From assembly GCA_964498425.1 (NCBI GenBank), contig CAZCGQ010000002.1, forward strand, positions 34,193 to 98,192: DNA of 64,000 nt, read 5' to 3'. Shown here piece by piece: positions 58,339 through 64,000 of this stretch. This DNA is from an uncultured Gammaproteobacteria bacterium. GTDB lineage: Bacteria; Patescibacteriota; Microgenomatia; UBA12405; JAHJSD01. Under the pieces are notes generated by a model that worked only from the letters and a program-made list of their open reading frames with translations, did no database searches and was not told the origin of the DNA. The position numbers and the translations under genes are program-made. Position 1 is the first letter of the stretch, and every line of letters starts with the position of its first letter.

Positions 58339-59388
58339 GTGAATAAAATAAATATAAAGCAATTGAAGGCCAGAAAAATTTTGAATTCTAACGGGAACTG
58401 GACTATTGAATGTCAGCTGGAAACTGATCGAGGAAATGCATTGGCAGGAGTTCCAACTGGAATTTCACAGGGGAAGGAAGAAAAAGAAGTTTCGCCAATT
58501 GAAAAGGCAATTAGAGAAATTAACGAATCGATTTTTAAAGAAGTTAAGCACGAGAAGTTTGAACAAAAGTCACTGGATTATTTACTCAGTACCGGCGGAT
58601 GGGGAAGTAATGCAACTTTAGCAGTTTCAGCCGCATTTTTTAATTTAACTAAACAGTTGGATAACCCTACCGTCCCAAAACTAATGATGCTTATGTTTGA
58701 AGGTGAAGAACACGGAAATCCCAATTTTACTATTCAGGAATTTATGGTTGTGGTTGATCAAATAGAGCCCGGTATTGAATACTATCGCCTCTTGGAAAAA
58801 AAACTTAAAGAAAGCAGTCTCTTGGATACGGTGGGAAAAGAGGGCGGGTTCTCGCCTGCGGGTTTAAAGTCAGATGATGAGGTTTTAGACCTACTAGCTA
58901 ATAGCGGCGTTAAGAATATTGCTCTTGACGTGGCTGGAAATGTTAACCCGCCCACAGTTGCTGAATTAGTTAGTTTAATTAAGGATTACCCAATTGTTAG
59001 TCTGGAAGATCCATTCCCAGAAGATGACCTAAATTCATGGAAGAATTTTTATCAGGAGGCAATTAAAGTTAACCCTGATATTTTAATTGTTGGCGATGAT
59101 TTAACCGTAACTGATAAGGATAAGATTGAAGCTGCCGTTAAAGATAAATTAATTAACGCAGTAATTATTAAACCAAATCAACAAGGTACGATTACTGCCG
59201 CAGTTGAGGCAGTTGAAACCGCCAAAAATTTGGGTATAAAAACTATTGCTTCTCACCGCGGAGAATCAACCAATGACACCTGGATTGCTGACTTTGCCTT
59301 GGTCAACCAGGTTGATTACGTTAAGTTCGGAGCTCCAGCCAGGGGAGAGCGAATTGCCAAGTATAACCGCTTACTCGAGTTTAATTAA
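58339..59388 (+). CDS. eno: Divergent, short enolase-like protein (349 aa)
   Basis: N-terminus ILNSNGNWTIECQLETDRGN...VPTGISQG matches enolase SRGNPTVE...PSGASTG; C-terminus IIKPNQQGTITAAVEA...SHRGESTNDTWIADFALV matches LLKVNQIGS...SHRSGETED..IADLAV. GTG start. Confidence 0.6.
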   Translation: MNKINIKQLKARKILNSNGNWTIECQLETDRGNALAGVPTGISQGKEEKEVSPIEKAIREINESIFKEVKHEKFEQKSLDYLLSTGGWGSNATLAVSAAFFNLTKQLDNPTVPKLMMLMFEGEEHGNPNFTIQEFMVVVDQIEPGIEYYRLLEKKLKESSLLDTVGKEGGFSPAGLKSDDEVLDLLANSGVKNIALDVAGNVNPPTVAELVSLIKDYPIVSLEDPFPEDDLNSWKNFYQEAIKVNPDILIVGDDLTVTDKDKIEAAVKDKLINAVIIKPNQQGTITAAVEAVETAKNLGIKTIASHRGESTNDTWIADFALVNQVDYVKFGAPARGERIAKYNRLLEFN

Positions 59389-60051
59389 AGCAGTAATTTC
59401 ACCCTTTATTCCATCTCTTTGCTTTAACTTATCGATTACTTCGACAAGTTTACCCCTGATTTTTTCCTCAAACTTTTTCGTTAATTCTCGGCAAATGACT
59501 GTTGGAAGATTTCCAAAAACTTGATGGGCAACCTCTAAGGTAGCAATTAATCTTTTTGGCGATTCATAAAAAATTACCGTCGGAATATTTTCTTTTGTTT
59601 GGCTAAGGGACTTGAAAATTGCAGTTTTCTTAGTCTTGCTTTTTGGTAAAAAGCCTAAAAAAGTAAATCTGGTTGGCGGAAAACCTGAAACAACTAAAGC
59701 AGTTGTTAAGGCTGTTGGCCCCGGAATTGAGATTATTTCAACCTTTTGTTTAATCGCCATTTTTACTAACTCATAGCCAGGATCAGAGATCACTGGACTT
59801 CCAGCATTAGAAACTAAACCAACTTCTTTTCCTTGTTGAAGCTGAGTAATTATTTGAGGAATTTTTCGGTGTTTATTTTGATCATTGTAGGTTGTAATTT
59901 CATAATCATCGATTTTTAAATGTTTTAGTAATTTAGCTGTTTGTCGGGTATCTTCAGCCAAAATTAGATCTACCTGGCCAAGTGTTTCTTGAGCTCGCTG
60001 GGTAATATCACCTAAATTTCCAATTGGAGTAGTTATTAAATATAATGCCAT
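59371..60051 (-). CDS. rsmI: 16S rRNA (cytidine1402-2'-O)-methyltransferase RsmI
   Basis: LYLITTPIGNLGDITQRA...LILAEDTR matches the RsmI/tetrapyrrole-methylase fold. Confidence 0.8.
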   Translation of the reverse strand: MALYLITTPIGNLGDITQRAQETLGQVDLILAEDTRQTAKLLKHLKIDDYEITTYNDQNKHRKIPQIITQLQQGKEVGLVSNAGSPVISDPGYELVKMAIKQKVEIISIPGPTALTTALVVSGFPPTRFTFLGFLPKSKTKKTAIFKSLSQTKENIPTVIFYESPKRLIATLEVAHQVFGNLPTVICRELTKKFEEKIRGKLVEVIDKLKQRDGIKGEITALIKLE

Positions 60052-60056
60052 AATTT

Positions 60057-61817
60057 ATGTATAATGAATTTATGAAACCTAAATATATTTTAGCAAACTT
60101 AGTTTGTCTTAGTTTCATTTTAAGCGTTTTTGCCTTTCCTATTCAGGGGATAACTGAATTTACAGCAACTAACGAGTTAACTTATGAAGTAAATCCACGA
60201 GGAAACGGTAGTGTTTCTCAAGAAATCAGCTTAACTAATAATTTTTCCAATATTTTCCCCAAAGAATACCAACTGCAAGTTACGGGAAATAAAATTGAAA
60301 ATATAACCGCCTCTGATTCCAAAGGTTCAATCCTAAAGAAGGTTGAAGAGTATGATGAAAAGACAATCATTAAGTTGTCATTTAACGACTCCGTTGTTGG
60401 TAAGGACAAACAAACTGCCTTTACTATCAACTATGATTTGCCAAACCTAGCAACTAAACGTGGTCAAATTTGGGAAATAGCTATCCCTGAGCTCGGTAGT
60501 AAGGATGAATTTGAAGAACTGAAAACTATCGTTAAGGTTCCTCAAGCTTTTGGCTCCCTTGCCTACAGTTCAATTTCTCCCCAAACCGAGAAAACCCTCA
60601 ACAATCAACAAGTATTAACCTATAACAAAAATCAGCTTGGCAATAACCCGATTTTGCTAGCCTTTGGGGAATTTCAAATTTTTGATTTTGACCTTGACTT
60701 CACCTTGATTAATGAAACTAGCCAAATAACCACCAAAACGGTGCCAATACCTCCAGATACAAGCTACCAAAGTGTTTTCCTAACTGCAATTAATCCCAAG
60801 CCAATAAAAATTGACTATGACGAAGATTATAATTGGCTAGCTTATTATCAATTGTCTCCTGGCCAAATTATTGAAATTAATGTTCAAGGTCAAGCTAAAA
60901 TATATTCTAAGCCAGAGAATATCAAGGCAACAGAATTAAATAGAAATGCCTCTTTATCACCATATTTAGAAGATGATGAGTATTGGCAGGTTAATTCTCC
61001 AACTATCCAAAATATCGCCGATTATTTTTCTAGCCCAAAACAAATATATAATTTTGTCATTGACGAACTCGAATATGATTTTGAAAACTTAAAAAACACG
61101 GAAAGATTAGGGGCAGTAGAAGCTTACAAACAAAAGCAAGGAGTTTGCACTGAGTTTAGCGACCTTTTTATAACTTTATCCAGAGCAACCCAAATTCCAG
61201 CTCGGGAGTTACAGGGTTTTGCCTTCACTGAAAATAAAGAACTTTTTACATTAGCCGCTGAAAATGATGTTTTACATTCTTGGGTTGAATATTGGGACTC
61301 TAGTAAAAAAATATGGGTGCCAGCTGACCCAACCTGGGCAAAAACAACGGAAGGAATAGATTTTATTGATGACTTTGATCTTGGACATTTTGCCTTTGTA
61401 ATTCACGGCCACAGCAGTACAAACCCAGCTCCTCCTGGCTTTTACAAAACCACCAATAACCAGAAGAAAAACGTAAAGGTTAATTTTGCTGAAAAATTAA
61501 TCCCTCCACCCAGCTCAAACCTTGAAGCAAAAATTGCCAAAGACCATATAAGTATTAAAAATAATAGTTTTTCACCAGCTTACCAGACTAAGGTTGTTCT
61601 TCATGGCTGGAGCAATAAAAAAGTGAAGACTAAAACTATTGGCGGATTGCCTCCATTAGGAGAAGTAAAGTTTGAAATTGAAGAACCCGGATTTTGGGCC
61701 AGGCTTTTTCGCAAATCAAAGTACAAAGTTGAAATTGATAAAGAAATATTTGAACTGAAATATCCTCGGAAAAAATTGAATTTTTTTGACTTTTTTGCTA
61801 ACCTTTGGCCAGGTTAA
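60057..61817 (+). CDS. Secreted transglutaminase-like protein
   Basis: Signal peptide plus the Cys-His-Asp core (GVCTEFSDLF...IPARELQGF...HSWVEYWD...PADPTW). Confidence 0.6.
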   Translation: MYNEFMKPKYILANLVCLSFILSVFAFPIQGITEFTATNELTYEVNPRGNGSVSQEISLTNNFSNIFPKEYQLQVTGNKIENITASDSKGSILKKVEEYDEKTIIKLSFNDSVVGKDKQTAFTINYDLPNLATKRGQIWEIAIPELGSKDEFEELKTIVKVPQAFGSLAYSSISPQTEKTLNNQQVLTYNKNQLGNNPILLAFGEFQIFDFDLDFTLINETSQITTKTVPIPPDTSYQSVFLTAINPKPIKIDYDEDYNWLAYYQLSPGQIIEINVQGQAKIYSKPENIKATELNRNASLSPYLEDDEYWQVNSPTIQNIADYFSSPKQIYNFVIDELEYDFENLKNTERLGAVEAYKQKQGVCTEFSDLFITLSRATQIPARELQGFAFTENKELFTLAAENDVLHSWVEYWDSSKKIWVPADPTWAKTTEGIDFIDDFDLGHFAFVIHGHSSTNPAPPGFYKTTNNQKKNVKVNFAEKLIPPPSSNLEAKIAKDHISIKNNSFSPAYQTKVVLHGWSNKKVKTKTIGGLPPLGEVKFEIEEPGFWARLFRKSKYKVEIDKEIFELKYPRKKLNFFDFFANLWPG

Positions 61818-62222
61818 ATGAAAAAAATACTCAAAACAACTCTAATCAGTTTAATCGCTCTAAGGACGACTGCTTTAATCATAGACAGTCTCAATTTTGC
61901 CCAGGGTCTACGATCGTTACTTTTTGCGGCTTTAGCCCTTACTGGATTTGAATATTTACTAAAGCCAATTGCCAAAATACTGTTTCTACCAATAAATATA
62001 TTAACTTTGGGAACTCTCCGCTGGATTATTAATGTAATTGGATTGTACTTGGTGACAATTTTTGTTGATGGTTTTAGCCTCTCGCCTTATAACTTTCCGG
62101 GATTAGAGTGGCAAGGAGTAGTTGTTCCCGCAGTCAGTTTTGGTTTAATTCCAACCTATATTTTGACCTCATTATTAATTAACCTAAATGTTACCTTAGT
62201 AACCTGGATTCTAAAAAAATGA
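61818..62222 (+). CDS. DUF360 (holin-4-like) 4-TM membrane protein
   Basis: LPINILTLGTLRWIINVIGLYL...VDGFSL matches the PF04020-type motif. Confidence 0.5.
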   Translation: MKKILKTTLISLIALRTTALIIDSLNFAQGLRSLLFAALALTGFEYLLKPIAKILFLPINILTLGTLRWIINVIGLYLVTIFVDGFSLSPYNFPGLEWQGVVVPAVSFGLIPTYILTSLLINLNVTLVTWILKK

Positions 62223-62431
62223 ATAAAGCAGTTATAATTACTCAAATTGTTACCTCCATTATTTTAATCGGCTTGGTTTTGCTACAAACTTCACCGGAAA
62301 CAAGCCAGCAAAGAGCAACATTAATTAAACCTAAGTATTCAAGAAGGGGAATGGAAAAAATAACTTATTTCCTTACTTTTTTCTTCTTATTTTTGTTTGT
62401 TGCCCTTTCTATAGTACAGTTATTTATTTGA
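62219..62431 (+). CDS. secG: Preprotein translocase subunit SecG-like
   Basis: 70 aa with two TM helices and a LVLLQTSPETSQ loop resembling the SecG LLQ motif. Confidence 0.45.
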   Translation: MNKAVIITQIVTSIILIGLVLLQTSPETSQQRATLIKPKYSRRGMEKITYFLTFFFLFLFVALSIVQLFI

Positions 62432-62441
62432 GTCATTAACT

Positions 62442-63779
62442 ATGAAAAGAATTAAATTTCTTTTTCAATACATAACTAAACTGATAAACAGATATTGGTA
62501 TTTTATTTTGGGTAGCTGCTTTCTAACTGGCTTAATCTTTTTTTTCTCCGTTCAATTTTCCAGCCTTATAAGCCAGCAAATACCCGATAAAAAATATGTT
62601 GGTGTTGTTGGCAAATATCGTTTAAATAACCTGCCTCCAGACATATATAAACTATTCAGCTACGGTCTAACTGAGATTATGCCCAACAGTAGAGCGACTC
62701 GATCTCCGATTGTTTCTAATTGGACTATTGATGCTGAAGGTCAAGAATACACCTTTTACCTTAAAGATAATGTCTACTGGCAAAACGGAGACCCATTAAA
62801 ATCTGACCAAATCAATTATGATATTCAAGGAGCGACATTTAATCCGGAGTTAAACAAAGTTATCATTAAGCTCGATTCACCATTTGCTCCGTTGCCAACT
62901 TTACTTAATCAACCGCTGATAAAAAAGAAAAAAATTGGGCTCGGCAAATATAGAATTCAATCACTACAAATTCAGGCTGGTGCAATATCCGCAATGACCT
63001 TATCTAAAGATAAACCCCAAAAAGAAAAAATACTTCTTAGCTTTTACCCAAGCCAAGAGGAATTAATTACCGCTTTTCAGTTAGGAAAAATCGATGAAGT
63101 TTGGAATGTAACAGAATTAAATGAAATAAAAAGTTGGAAAAATATTGAAATTAAAACTGAACAACATGCAACGACTAACTACGCAGCAGTTTTTTTTAAC
63201 ACTAAAAAACCGCCTTTGGATAACAAAAGAGTTCGCCAAGCCTTAGCCTACTGCTTAAAAAAACCACCCAAAAAAGATAGAGCAATAGGCCCAATATCTC
63301 CATCATCTTGGGCTTACAACGAGGGAGTAAAAACTTATTCATACGATCCTTCCCACGGAAGAAAACTTTTTGAAGAAGGTTGGGATCCAGGCGAAAAAAT
63401 GAATTTAACCTTGTCAACCCTACCAGAGTTATTAGATTGGGCTGAAGAAATAAAGGATGATTGGCAAAATAATCTTAATATCAATATAACTATAAAGGTG
63501 TCAAGGTTTGTCCCAGAACCTAATAATTTTGATGTATTTTTAGGATATGGAATTATACCCCCAGATCCCGACCAATATACCTTTTGGCATTCCACTCAAT
63601 CCGAAAATTTAACTGGTCTAAACAATGCTAAAATTGATCAATTACTCGAAAAGGGACGAAAAACAATTGACAGCGAAGAAAGAAAGGAAATATATTATGA
63701 TTTCCAGCAAACACTATCAGAAGAAGTACCCGCTATATTTCTTTTTTATCCTAAAAAATACAAGATAATTAGGAAATAG
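62442..63779 (+). CDS. ABC transporter solute-binding protein (family 5, peptide/oligopeptide type)
   Basis: N-terminal TM/signal anchor; overall length and motifs match the SBP_bac_5 pattern. Confidence 0.5.
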   Translation: MKRIKFLFQYITKLINRYWYFILGSCFLTGLIFFFSVQFSSLISQQIPDKKYVGVVGKYRLNNLPPDIYKLFSYGLTEIMPNSRATRSPIVSNWTIDAEGQEYTFYLKDNVYWQNGDPLKSDQINYDIQGATFNPELNKVIIKLDSPFAPLPTLLNQPLIKKKKIGLGKYRIQSLQIQAGAISAMTLSKDKPQKEKILLSFYPSQEELITAFQLGKIDEVWNVTELNEIKSWKNIEIKTEQHATTNYAAVFFNTKKPPLDNKRVRQALAYCLKKPPKKDRAIGPISPSSWAYNEGVKTYSYDPSHGRKLFEEGWDPGEKMNLTLSTLPELLDWAEEIKDDWQNNLNINITIKVSRFVPEPNNFDVFLGYGIIPPDPDQYTFWHSTQSENLTGLNNAKIDQLLEKGRKTIDSEERKEIYYDFQQTLSEEVPAIFLFYPKKYKIIRK

Positions 63780-63836
63780 TCCTCAACTTTTAGCTTGCTA
63801 CAAGTATGTTTTTTTGGTAAACTTGAAATTGAATTT

Positions 63837-63921
63837 GCCGAAGTGGCGGAATTGGCAGACGCGCACGGTTCAGGACCGTGTGGTCCCTAGGACCTTGTAG
63901 GTTCAAATCCTATCTTCGGCA
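63837..63921 (+). tRNA. tRNA-Leu (anticodon CAG), long variable arm
   Basis: GCCGAAGTGGCGGAATTGGCAGACGCGC..., anticodon loop TTCAGGA, 15-nt variable arm, GGTTCAAATCC T-arm. Confidence 0.85.
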
Positions 63922-64000
63922 CCCGTCTAATTCAACGGGGAATGCATTACGTAAAATGCCAAGGTAGTCAAGCAGGTCACGACACGAGTCTGAAAAACTT

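Overview
This 64-kb window of bacterial chromosome is about 40% GC, densely coding and contains no rRNA. Many proteins are short and many genes overlap, which suggests a small-genome lineage such as CPR/Patescibacteria (inference only).

The first ~4 kb hold a division cluster (murG 3' end, ftsQ-like, ftsA, ftsZ, SEDS FtsW/RodA), followed by rplU-rpmA, a ParB-like HTH protein, lepB and tRNA-Val. Next comes a surface/glycosylation block: a large secreted LCAT-like lipase with a lectin-like N-domain, two GT2 glycosyltransferases and an Ig-like protein. Part of this block is markedly AT-rich.

A tRNA-Thr/Gly/Asp cluster follows, then a LysM protein, lemA-htpX, clpB with a near-consensus sigma70 promoter, several SAM methyltransferases, a secreted thermonuclease and an orphan GHKL-ATPase protein.

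DNA-repair genes are unusually concentrated: rarA, lexA-dinB, mutS, mutL, radC, rmuC and dnaE all fall within about 30 kb. A perfect 18-bp SOS-box palindrome sits in the divergent lexA promoter region. On the other side of it lies a Cas4/AddB-like Fe-S nuclease plus a RecD/Dda-like helicase pair.

The 3' half carries gatC, gatA and gatB (with an MFS gene wedged between gatA and gatB), miaA, an HD hydrolase, an ABC exporter, rplS, tRNA-Glu, a DUF362 Fe-S protein, a holA-like gene and a HAD-cupin-ppsA-short enolase cluster. It ends with rsmI, a transglutaminase-like secreted protein, a DUF360 holin-like protein, secG, a solute-binding protein and tRNA-Leu.

The two signals I rate highest are the LexA-box nuclease/helicase module and two small gene cassettes flanked by imperfect direct repeats. 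One is a methyltransferase bracketed by 58-bp copies of the radC 3' end. The other is a basic 87-aa ORF bracketed by 35-bp copies of the tRNA-Glu 5' flank. No CRISPR array, IS element or prophage was recognised.
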